Positions 35,180-46,481 of a DNA stretch of 64,000 bases are shown piece after piece. The stretch covers positions 166,954 through 230,953 of the forward strand of contig CDMY01000982.1 of assembly GCA_001179505.1 (NCBI GenBank), read 5' to 3'. The position numbers and the translations under genes are program-made. Source of the DNA: Vitrella brassicaformis CCMP3155. Lineage: Eukaryota > Protista > Chromerida. The notes beneath the pieces are model-generated. The model made no database searches. It was not told the DNA's origin and saw only the letters and a list, made by a program, of their open reading frames with translations. Each line of letters opens with the position of its first letter. The stretch's first letter is position 1.

Positions 35180-38088
35180 CAGACTGCACCTTACCATACC
35201 TTACCATACCTTCCCTCACTGACTAACCTAACCTGACTGTATGCTATCTCTGCCATTTCTTCAGCACGACGTGCGCTTGCCTGTGTGTATGTGCACCGTC
35301 ATGTATACTCTTTATGTGCGTCTGGGTGTGTGTGTGTGCGTGTTTGACGTGACGGGAAGTGAGCACATGGAAGGAGGAGTACACTCACTCACTTACTCGC
35401 TCACTCAGTTTGCATATTCGTGTGGGGCTTCCCTTCCCGGGCGATCATGCGTTGTTTGCGTGCGTGCGTGCGGCTTACATACAGTGGGTGTGTGGCTTTG
35501 CCTGGGATGGGCATCCTTCCACCCATCCCATCCATGTGTGTGTTGTACGTACATACGTCATCATGTCTGGTTTCATTCGTCCGTTCATTCATTCATTCGT
35601 CAGTCGCTCGCTCGAGGCTCCGCTAGGCTTTGCTTGCTTGCTTGCTTGCTCACTGACTGACCACTCGGATGCTATCCTTGTGGCTGCCTGCCTGCCTGCC
35701 TGTGTGTACAGAGTATGTAGTAGGTCTTTTGTAGGTCGATCGAGCGGCGCGAGTACACTCTCCAGTACCCAAGGGGTGCAGTGTGGGCGTCCATCGATCC
35801 ATCAGATGGAGACAGCCAGCACTCACCTGACGTGCACATACGGTTCATTCTGTCATTCATGTCTGTCGCATGAGGTGTGTTAGAGTGTCCGTTGGGTCGA
35901 CCTCATCTTCCCGCCATCACAGCCCCTGACACGCGGGGCCGTTAATGGCGGGAAGAGGAGCGAGGGGGAATGGACGCACTCACGCGCCGACTGAAAGGAA
36001 GCGACGACACACGATGCGCAGGCAGATGAGCGAGATAGAGAATAAGGGATGGATGTGTGTGTGCCGTGCCGCAAGCGTCGTTTTTTCGGCCCGTGTGGGG
36101 GCGATGATGAGCCGCATGATCGTTTTGTCGGTCGTCCTATACACCCATTCGTTCATGAGCCAGCCAGTCAGTGTAGCCCGGTTTTCCCCTCCGAGGGTGC
36201 GGGGGAGACGCACGTCCGTCTGTCGGTCGGTCGGTCGTCTATAGTGGGTCAAAAGGAGAGGAGAGAAGTGCGTCGTGTGCCTGGCGCCTTTCATGGATGG
36301 CTTTCTGCTGCCTGGCTGGCGAGTGAACGGAGTGCTTGCGGTGATGTCTGTCTGTGTGGAGTGAATGGTTGGTTGCATCGGGGTGCGAGTGAGGGCTCGG
36401 TGCACGCCCCTTTTTCCGTTTCTACCTGAGGGTCCGTCCGATTTTCGTCTGCTTTCAACGCGAGAGGCAGTCAATATACAGCGTATGAGGGCCGTGTGCG
36501 TGCACCGAGCGGCAGTGAATGATCTATGTCATGGTGCTGTCTGTCTGTCTGTCTGTGTGATGCCATGCGAGTGAACAAGCAAGCCGTTGAGCCCCGAGGA
36601 GCAAGTGCGCAGAGTCGTCTTTTTCCTCACTCCCTTTTTCCGCAAACCGCATAGCACCCGAACACAGCCGAGCGGTCGATTCATGCCGTGAGTGTCACAG
36701 TGCGGCACACGGGGGTATCTATGGGCGCAGTGTGAGGGTGTGCTGCTGCTGGTGTTGGGCTGTGTTGTGAGCGCTACCATTTGTTGCTGCTGCCTGGCTG
36801 GCGGCATGCGTGCAGCTGGCCAGGCTGTGTGTGCGTATGCGTGTATGTGTAGTGTATACGTAAGAGTAGGTCCACGCGGTCGGTTTTCCCCGCCCTTCAT
36901 TCTGCCTTCCTTTTCCATCCGTTTTCCGATGCCTGCTGTCGCTGTGGCTGTGTATACCTGTGTGGATGTCTGCACATTTGTTGGGCGCGATCGCAAGAAC
37001 CAAGGAGCGATTTGTGACGCTAGGCCGGCATTTTTTCACACCACTCACTCACACCATCGGACAGGCAAAGATGGGGGCGGACGGGGCGGGGCGTTGTAGG
37101 GTGGGGCGGGTATCGGACACGATGACTGACTAGCACCCGTGTTCGGCTGACATGATGAGAGCAGTCCATCGTCAGAATTCATGTGACCTTTTACAAGTCA
37201 CAACTTGCTGTATTTTCCTACCACATGCCTGCCTGGCTGCCTGCCTGTGTGGATGTGCGCGTGTCTTACGGGCGGCTAGGTCGTAAGTAGGGAACTCGGT
37301 GAGCCTCTTTTTGAATGAAGCTATGCCGACAAACAGACTGATTGGTGTCAACGAACGATGAGGTAGTCCTCCTGACCCGCATCCAGATGGATGGGCTCAG
37401 AGCAGACGAGAGAGAGGGAGAGAGACAGAAGAAGGAAGTGCCAACACGGATGGAAAGAGGACAGCGCTTGGGTGCATGGCCGGATGGTGGTTACCTACAG
37501 ACAAACACTGACTGACTGACTGACTGACTGACATGATGCGTCGTACGCACCAGCTCTAACGCTATGAACCTAACTCTGACCACTGACATGATGCGATCGA
37601 CACTGGACACATGCAGCGGCTGCATGTACATGTGCGTCCGTACATACATACACACATACATACGTATGCATACATATACGTACGTACTACTGATAGGCGC
37701 ACGTGCAGGCGAGTGAGTGTGGTACGTGTCAGTCAGTCAGTCAGTCGTTTCAATTCCCCCTCCCTCTCCGCCAGTCAGTCAGAAGCAGCCAAGCTGTGCG
37801 AGTGTTCCGTCAGTTTTGGTCTGCCTGCCTGTCTGCGTCCATCCATCCATGCGTTGACGATTGCGCTGCCCATTTTTTGTCTAACACGGGCACTTCGGGC
37901 ATGATCACCATGAAGTGACACCAGACACGCAGGAATCGGACGTTCCTCCGTCAAGTAAGTTTACCGGATCGCCATTTGCAAGCTCAGCCCGCAAAAGCGG
38001 GAAAAGCGAGGCGGCAGCGCTTCAGTGATCCATTTCGGTGGGCTCTAGGCCGCGGTCGCGCTTCCCTCCTGCTTAAATGAGTCATCAG

Positions 38089-39202
38089 ATGACCAGCGTC
38101 AGCCTCGCCTTGGTGGCGGCTGTGTGGGTGGTGCAGATGTGCAATGGGCAGATGGTGACGTCCCCGCTGAAAAACGACATGCCCAACAAGAGATGGTACA
38201 CATCATACAGAGCCGCATGGAACGTACGTAAGCACACACGCAACGGATAGATCAGGAATGGGCATCAAGCTCTGTATGTGTGTGGTGCACTGCAGTTGCG
38301 TGACAAGCCCGACAGGAAGATGGCTCTCCTCATCGATGACACACAGGAAGAGTACAGGGACTTCTTCGCGTAAGCCGCGCGCAGACGCGCATCAAGCACA
38401 TCATGCAGGATGCTCTCGTGTTGGTGCTGACAGGAAGGAGAGTGTGGACAACATCGTGTCGTTGCTGGCGGCCTTCCGCAAGGCTGGGATGCCCGTGGTG
38501 TGGTCCTACTGGGCCAGGCGGTGGCAGGACGGCAAGACCGGCAGCATGGACAGATTCTATGGAGATGCGGGCACCGACAGCCAACTCAACCCCAACGTCA
38601 GCACCCCAGCCAGACACACATGACAGTGGTCTGGACGTGACCTTCGCCTGTGTTTCTAGTACATCTGGATGGATAATGGCTTTGAGATCATGCACGAGGT
38701 TGCGCCGACCAAGGAAGAGGAGCACATGATAGTCCCGTCAGAGCACCTGGACATGTTCAGCAACATGGACAAGGACGGATACTCCATCATCCACGGCATG
38801 CTGCAGAAGCTGGGCGTCGATACCATCGTCACCGGTAGGGCCACACTCACACGTACTGTATGCACAGCCTCTGCATATGTGTGTGTCTGCAGTGGGTGCA
38901 TGGACGGATGAGTGCATCCTTGCCACGGCGCTCTCCGGCTTTCAGAAGGAGTACGACTCAATCGTGCCATGGGACGCTGTTGGTAAGCACTTGCCGCTGC
39001 CAACCAGCCAGCAACTGTTACACACCCATACACACACATTCGCCGCATCGATTGATCAGGTACGCCCAGCCCGTATGGCGATGAAGCGATGAAGATCATG
39101 ACGTCCATCTGCTGCCGCACGGACGTGTCGGCCGACATTGTTGCCTACCTCGAGGAGCGCTCCGCTGCCCAACCCAAAGCCAATACGCAAATCGAGCTAT
39201 GA
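38089..39202 (+). CDS. Isochorismatase-family protein with signal peptide, paralog 2
   Basis: Signal-like MTSVSLALVAAVWVVQMCNG; ALLIDDTQ; AAFRKAGMPVVWS; GAWTDECILATALSGFQKEYDSIVPWDAVG. Confidence 0.88.
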
Positions 39203-39716
39203 GGGGAGGGAGGGAAGGAGGGAGGGAGGGGTGTTTTATTGTTTGTTTATCTCATGTGTTTCTTGTCGTTGTACGTGTGGATGATGGTATGGCGTGCAGA
39301 CTTGCAGAAAGGTAGTGATGGAGATTTAATGTTTCCGTGATGCGCTCTCAGTCGGCCTTTTTCTGACTGACGCATGACATGACATCGGTGGATGTAGCTC
39401 TGTGTCTGAAAGCGAGAGGTCTTTTTCGTCCCCCCGCGGGAGATGCATGGATGGATGGATGGCATGTGGACTTGCATTTGCCTTGGATGAGCTCCGTATG
39501 TGAACATGTGCGTGTGCTTAGGCCATTCAGACCCGAGCTGACTCTTCCTTCAACGTGAGAATGGTCTGATGCGTGTGGTCATCGCCAGCAGACACACATA
39601 CCCACCCACATACACATACAACAAAATGTGTCGTGTCCAGTCACTCCCCGAGCCCCATGTATGTGTCAGTAATGCATCGTCACATGACATCACATCGATC
39701 CACCGACCAACACAGC

Positions 39717-40508
39717 TCATACAGAGAAGTCGTCTTCCTCCTCCTCTTCTGGCACCTCTGCCTCCGTGATGGCGATGGCCGCCAGCACCACGACAAGACC
39801 GGCGAGCTCCACTACGGTCAAGCCCATAATGATGTACTCAATGAACTTGGTGAGCGCCCCCAGAGGGCTGAACGTCTCCCACCACTCCTCGACGTCATCA
39901 CGCCACTGCAGTGCGCACACATAACGCAACATACATACATACACTGGAGTGACTGACTCTCCATGCACACACGGATGCACCTACCTACGTACCTGTCGTA
40001 AGCGCTCCCCGATGCTCATCCGCATATCGAAAAGAAAGAAGAATCGGTTGAACAGAAAGCGCCGCCATGGCTGCCGACTGCTCCCCTTGCCGCGCCGCAC
40101 TCTCGGCCCGCTGTAGCTGTCGCCCTCCCCCTCATCGTCAGCCGACTCACCGAGCGTGAAGCCCCTCTCAGGCACGCCAACCTGCGTGGCTCCCACGGGT
40201 GTCAATGCACCATCAGCAGGAGAGGCCGGTACCGCCATCTTGGGCCTCTTGGGAGGCTTCGGCAACCCCGGGGCGTCGCTTCGCTTCTGGATCTTCCATG
40301 GTTTGTCAGAGAAGAACCGCCGATGGTCTGCAAAGCTCTTCACTGCCGACGCGTGTCGTTCGGGAGGCGGGGTGAGAGAGAATGGTTGACGGGAAGGGCG
40401 GCAGGAGCTGAAAGGGGCGCGTTGCGCACTGGATAAGACCGCAGGGGTCGCCACAGCGGGCCTGCCGTGGCTCTGAAGGACAAGACCCGCTCTTCGAGCA
40501 GCAAGCAT
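39717..40508 (-). CDS. Hypothetical protein with mitochondrial-presequence-like N-terminus, C-terminal TM helix and acidic tail
   Basis: Two exons joined at ERLRQ|WRDDVEEWW. N-terminus MLAARRAGLVLQSHGRPAVA...RRFFSDK; TM IIMGLTVVELAGLVVVLAAIAI. Confidence 0.75.
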
Positions 40509-42016
40509 CCTTCATCAGTCAGCAGAGATGGATCATCACAGAATCATAGTGTGTGTTTTTGACAGCGAGAGAGAGCGGTTTCACGACAGCGATCTGCGAG
40601 CTCAGAGGTTTGAGCGATCCGCCTTGCCTGCCGAGGCGACCCATCTGAACGCATCAGTGACCGACCCCTTGTGACACTTGAGGCGGGCCCCTCCAAATTC
40701 ATCTTTGTCCATCAACACAGCCCACAAGCAGAGAAAAGCAGAGTGCATGTCCGCAGCGAATCTGATTCCTGGATGGTCAGTGCAGATGTGCGGGCCTCTG
40801 GGATGCATCGATCTGATGTGATTATCCCGCTTGACCTGTATGCGCGTGCCTGCTGCTTACTGCACGGGGACTCTCGTATGAATGCTTCTTAAGAAGTCGC
40901 AATGCGTACAGTATGACTTCATTGACACACACCTACGAAACCGCTCGTCTTTGACTGCCTGTCTTCCCTCACCCTGCCCCTGCCCTTCCCCTTCGTCCCA
41001 TCCAGCCACAACCACAAACGACAATCAAGTCGATTTCTTGTCTGTGCCTGCATCCTGTCTGTCTGTCTGTGCGTGCGTATGCCTGTCTCTTCCCTCCTCC
41101 CCATACACCATCCGAACAGCTGCTTGCGCCCATACACCTGCCCCTCTGGCTGTCCTTGGCTGTATCTCCCAACCAACCACATCCACAGACAGACTTACAC
41201 CCTGTGTCACTCACAATCCGACAGGAAGAAAACCACAACGCACAATCCGACAGACATCCCCATGCACTCACCCCCAACGACCGCCTGCAATGATGTGACT
41301 GCGCAATGCATGTCAAAGATGATCCACCCATCACACGTCTTGCCCTCCCTCGCTCCCTCCCTCGCTCCCTCCCTTCATGTCCCTATGAGCCACACAGACA
41401 GTTAGAGAGATGGATGCATGCAGTGCCTGCACGAGCGAGACACACCACACCACACCACACCACACCCACACACACACACAGACAAGGGGAAGAGAGAGAG
41501 AGAGGGCAGGGGGGAGGGATGCACCCCTGTGTGTGTGTGTGAGTGTGTGTGTGTGTGTGTGTGCACAGCAAGCAGAACACTCACACACACACACAGAGAG
41601 AGAGAGAGAGACCCACCCAGGCACACGCATTTGTGAATCAGTAAGTGACCGCTGCATGTGTGTCTTGTGCGCATGCATGGATGGATCTGTTGTGTTGTGT
41701 TGTGCACAACACTCACACAGACAGACACTCACACAAGCAGACACACAAGCAGACACACAAGCAGACACACAAGCAGACAGACAGACAGACAGTCGGACAG
41801 ACAGTCGGACAGCCAGACAGCTAGAGAGATGGGTCAAACAAAAGCAGCAGGTGGATGGGTGGGTGAATGGATGGATGCATTCCACCACACTGCCTGCCAG
41901 ATTCCCATCCCTCCCTCCCTCCCTCCCTCTCCCGTGGCAGGCCTTACAACGTAAGCACTGCCTGCCTGCCTGCCTGCCTGCTTCCCCTCCCTCCCTCCCC
42001 CAATCCGACACATCAA

Positions 42017-43969
42017 TCAGTGCAGATTCAGGTGAGCGAAGTTCGTCCCTGAAAGTGCTCCTAGCTGCCCCCACGCGAGCGTACTGTGGTTGGCCGGCTT
42101 GATGCGAGTCAGCGTCATGCCCCATCGCTGCGCCTCCTGTCTCACTGCTGTGTTGATGACTTTGCAGAAGGTGATCTGCTCACCAGCAGCCGACCCCACA
42201 GCGAAGAAGCCCCTCCCCGATGTGATCTGCATGTTGGTAAGTGCCCTGCGCTCTCGTCGGGCACTTCGAAGCAGCCGTATCGATGAGTCGATGAAGTGGC
42301 TGACCGGCTTGTTGATGCGAGAACGTAGCGGCTCTTCGCCGATGTTTATAATGGATGGGGGCACGACGAGCATGTCGAAGATCAGCTGAGTGATGTCATC
42401 GGGCAGCGGGGCGCCGATGGCGGACACCTGCTGCGTCATGGTCATCATCTTGAGGCGGACGGGCTTGAGAATTCGGTAGATGTCGAGCAGGATGAGGTAG
42501 ATGAGGCGGTGCTCGAGAAAATGCTCCCAGGCGTCGATCAGCCTCGCCTCCCACCCATGTCGCCGCCCCCCCAACGGCATCTGCAGCTGCTGTCTCACGC
42601 CAGCCGCCGTCAGCGTCGCCCCGCTCTCGAACAGCACCAGCATTCGATTCAGCAGGCACCGCCGGCCTCTCTCGTTCTCTCCCTGCAGGCGCAGAGCGGT
42701 CTTGCCGTGGCGGTTGGGTGCGTTGATGATCTCCGCCGCCCCGTGGAGACACAGCCATTCCATCACAGACGCGTCACTGCTGGGGGAGCTGGAGGCCGTA
42801 TGAAGAGGGGTGTTGCCGCTTCTGTCGCGCACCTTGACCATATCCATCCCTCCGTGTTTAATGAGCAGCTCAAATACAACCCGCTGGCAGACCGTAAAGC
42901 ACAGCAAGGGCCTCTCGCTGAAGAAATGCAGCGGCGACTTCCGCGAGGAAGTGTCGATCTCCTTCACCAATGACGGCTCCCTCCAAACCAACCGGCGCAC
43001 CATCCACATTTTGTCGACCGCCGGCCGATGGTGGCAGACGGCCATGCACTCCAGCAGGCCGACGCCGGTGAGTGTTGCCTCTTGGTGAAGGTTCAGTAAC
43101 CGATCGAACTCCCAATCCTCTTCCCGCTCATCGATGATGGCCTGCTTGATTCGCTGCCGCACAGTCCCGTCGGGCAGCTCGAGGTTGTCGTCCTCCATTG
43201 AGAAGCACGCCAGCGACTGCGGGTGCGGGATTGGAAGGTTGATCTTCAAACGCGGCTGCTCCTCCACCCAATCCATGGCAGGCAAAGTGATCTCATCTCC
43301 CTCCAGGTCGTCTGCAGCTGATGGTACGGGAGGCCGCTGAAAGGGTGTGATTGCGTCAGATGGCCGGATACTTGCCTGGGCCGGCGTGTTTGTGGGCTCT
43401 TTGATGACATGGGATGGTGGCACAGATCGAAGCAGCCCGTCTCGTGAGTTGCAGAGCTCGACGCCGTCTCCACTTGTCGAGCGAGAGTCGATGGCCGATG
43501 AGGATGGCTCTCGAAGGCCTTGATGCCGTCCGTGACTGGAATGTCCATAAGGGGAGCGAGTGTCCTTGACGAGCAAAGGAGTAGGATCAATGGCGCCTAT
43601 CTCTGAACACAGACATCATACCCCCGTAAGAGAGGAGGTGTGAGTGTGGTTCATCCATCCATTACCTGCGCAGGATGGTGGCACAGGTGCTCGGACAAAC
43701 AGACCCGTTGAGGAGCCAGAGGCGCTGGACGTCCCTGGCTGATGGGCGCCGTTTCCGCCTCTGAGGAAGCGAGACAAAGAAGCAGGGACCAATGACCATC
43801 ATTCCCCAACCGTCTCATCTCTCTCCCCTCTCATCTGCCCTCACCTTATCCACTGGGTCACCTTCCGGACCAGCCAACGTCCACAGAAACACGTCCCGGG
43901 GCATGCAAATCTGTCTCTGAGGCCATCTCTCATGTTGAAGTCGTTCGTTGAGCCTTCCATCGGTGGCAT
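42017..43969 (-). CDS. Ankyrin-repeat protein (lineage-specific type); large 3' exon plus probably two small 5' exons
   Basis: 519-aa ORF with RKSPLHFFS, SGNTPLHTAS and HGKTALRL ankyrin motifs. Upstream exons at about 43668-43750 and 43850-43969 splice in frame (5' model tentative). Confidence 0.8.
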
Positions 43970-44732
43970 TCTGGCAAACAACCTCTGCTGAGGCCGTAGG
44001 TAGGCCGTGGACAACGAAGGGACAGATCACGAGGTCGCCGACTCGTGAGGGTCGCTCTCAGTCCCGCCGCCCCCAGTAGCCCCCAGTCTTGGATCCTTTC
44101 TTCGACGGAAGCAAGAAGAAGCCACTCGTCGCTTGTGTCTCATCACATCTGTGTGTCTTATGCAGGGCAGGACTCCACTGGATTTGGCGCAGAGCGACGA
44201 GATTCGCAAACTGCTCAACAGCTACAAGTAGCCAATGTCTTGTTGGGTTTGGGCTGTTGTTCGTCGGTGTGTCGTTGCCACACACACACCTAGACCATTT
44301 CATTCATTCATTCATTGGCATATGTGTAGGACCGCCGTGTGTCGGTGTGTCGATTAAATGCGTCGTGCCGCCTTTGGGACGGGTGAATACGGTCTGCCCT
44401 GTGTCATGAACAAAACGCGTACTTGATGTCTCCATCAAGCATGCAACGTTCACCCGCCATGAGGCGTGGGCTGCCGAACGCACACCTTCCTACCTAGCTT
44501 GCCTCATGACTCATCCACCCACACATGGAAGAAGACCTAGACCTGACAACCTGCACGCGAGCAACAAAATGAACCGAGACCAGTAACCATTGAAGCACAC
44601 AGACACAGACAGACAGACAGGCAGGCAGACACGGAGGGACGGCCATACATCCATGCAGATAACCTTCATCTCACACAGAGCCAATGCAGACAACACAGCG
44701 CAGTATTTGCACCACATCCACCCTCCCTGCTA

Positions 44733-46224
44733 TCAAATAGCGAGAGAGTTGTTGGGCATGTGGGGGATGACCTGTTCGTCCCCCTCGCCCCACTCCGCCA
44801 CACTACCGATGTCGAACTTCGCGACGCCCTCTTCTGAGTGGAGACCCAAGTACTGCTCGACGGGCGGGAAGCCGTATGAGGTGGCATTCATCCGGTCGAA
44901 GGCAATGAAGTAAAACACGGGGATCTGCCGACCTGATACACAGACGGAGACACGCATCCTTGGCTGCATAGATGTGCCACCCATCTGTGTCTGTGTCCGT
45001 GTGTGTGTACCTGGGTATTTGGGTGTGCCGATGTCCATCAGGACCCGTTTCTTGACCGATGCGTAGTGTATGTGTGCCGTTGTCTTGTTGACATACACCG
45101 GGTTGTCGCCATCGGACGGCCATGACGTCTCGCCAATGACGAGTGGCAGGTCCCCAAACCCCGCCTTGTCGAGCGCCGTCACCACAGCGTCATACTGTGC
45201 GTCCCAGATGAAGGTGTAGTTGCGCCCGTCCACCTCAATCGGGGGGTCGCGATAGCCCAGCGCGTAAGGCAGGCCGACCTCCACAGGGGCGCCAGAGAAG
45301 GCGAACCAGGGGAATATATTCACCATGACGGGTGAGGATGAGGCGCGCAGGTCGGTGAGGAAGGGCTCGAGCAGCTCCAAGTAGGATGGCACCATCTCGG
45401 CTGCGTCGATCGAGGGAAAGGTGTTCTGAAATCAGAGAAGCAAACAGGGTGTGAAGGTGCAGGAATGGCAGTCGCGGGTGCGTGTGTCGTCTTGCCTGAA
45501 TGACACTATTGGCCAGCACTGTGGTGAGATGGGCATCCAGCTGCGCCTGTGATGCAGCCTCCTTGAAGACCCCGTATGCGGGCAAGAACTCGTCCTTGGC
45601 CGCCTCGGGAAACAGGAACGGCTCGTTGCCGAGAATCACCACATCCACTATGTCGTCATGCTCCTGCACATACCAACAGCAGGTGATATAATCAGCCTGT
45701 CGTGCTGCAGCTGGTAGCTGCTGACCTATCTGTCTTCTCACCTTGATGAGCGCAATGATGTCATGGGCGTACGACGAGTTGTCGCGTATGTGCTTCAGGA
45801 AGCCGTTGGGCAGCTGCAGCCACACGTGCGCCGCGTCATCAGCATCGCGGAAGACCTCACTGACGCGTGTCAGCACGAGGTCGCCCGCATCCAGGGGGGA
45901 AAAGAAGCTCTCGTCAAGCCCCAGCTTCTCCTCAAACACTTTCAGGTGTCGAAAACCCTCCTCCTTGACGACGGTTAGCGCCATGCTCGTTGTGAGACAC
46001 GCCGGTGCATCATCTGTCGCGAGGCGTGCGAGGAAGCCATCTCTTGTCTGCTCGTCAGGAGTCTGTGTGATGTTCTGCGTGCAGCCCTCTCCGATGCTCT
46101 TGGCCATCAGGTCGCCATAGTTGATGCCCAGGAAAGGGGAGCTGACATCCACAGGAACCGACAAGGAGGGCAGGACAAAGACGCCCAGCGAGAGCATCCA
46201 TCCGTGCGATGCCGTCATCGTCAT
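44733..46224 (-). CDS. Glycoside hydrolase family 17 (endo-beta-1,3-glucanase), secreted
   Basis: Signal-like N-terminus; FLGINYG; acid/base Glu in VILGNEPF; PVMVNIFPWFA; nucleophile Glu in LVIGETSWPSDG; FYFIAFD. Confidence 0.92.
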
Positions 46225-46481
46225 GCCGACGTTGAGCCTCACGAAACGGCCGTCCCATGGAAATAATAGTACATTCCAGCTCCTCGCACATGGCCCCCAG
46301 CAATTGCTCTCCAGTGCAGATTGAGTGGCGCTGACACAGTCGACTCGAGATACTGGACGTACGCTGGATTGCTGCGCGGAAGCGTGGGCTCTGCGTTCTC
46401 GAGACTGGGGGCCGGGTAGCGCGATTCCGGCCCACAGTCTCGTGAGCGAAGCCGGCCGTTGCCAGTGGTTTTGCTGCGTCG

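Noticed and set aside
31940-37985. CGCCATTTG motif in two promoter regions (about 31947 and 37973)
   Set aside because: Only two occurrences, and similar words occur in coding sequence; no evidence of enrichment without genome-wide counts.
35200-38050. ORFs and ATGATGA/CTGA box-like words between the isochorismatase genes (possible C/D snoRNA or lncRNA)
   Set aside because: No terminal stem, no identifiable rRNA antisense element and no coding signature; CTGA is abundant because of (GACT)n repeats.
40602-41290. Possible minus-strand micro-exon gene (3-28 nt exons ending ...VILYALRLLKK...ADRSNL*)
   Set aside because: I could chain exons in frame only by choosing sites to fit. There is no recognisable domain, and the region may be promoter or UTR; RNA-seq is needed.
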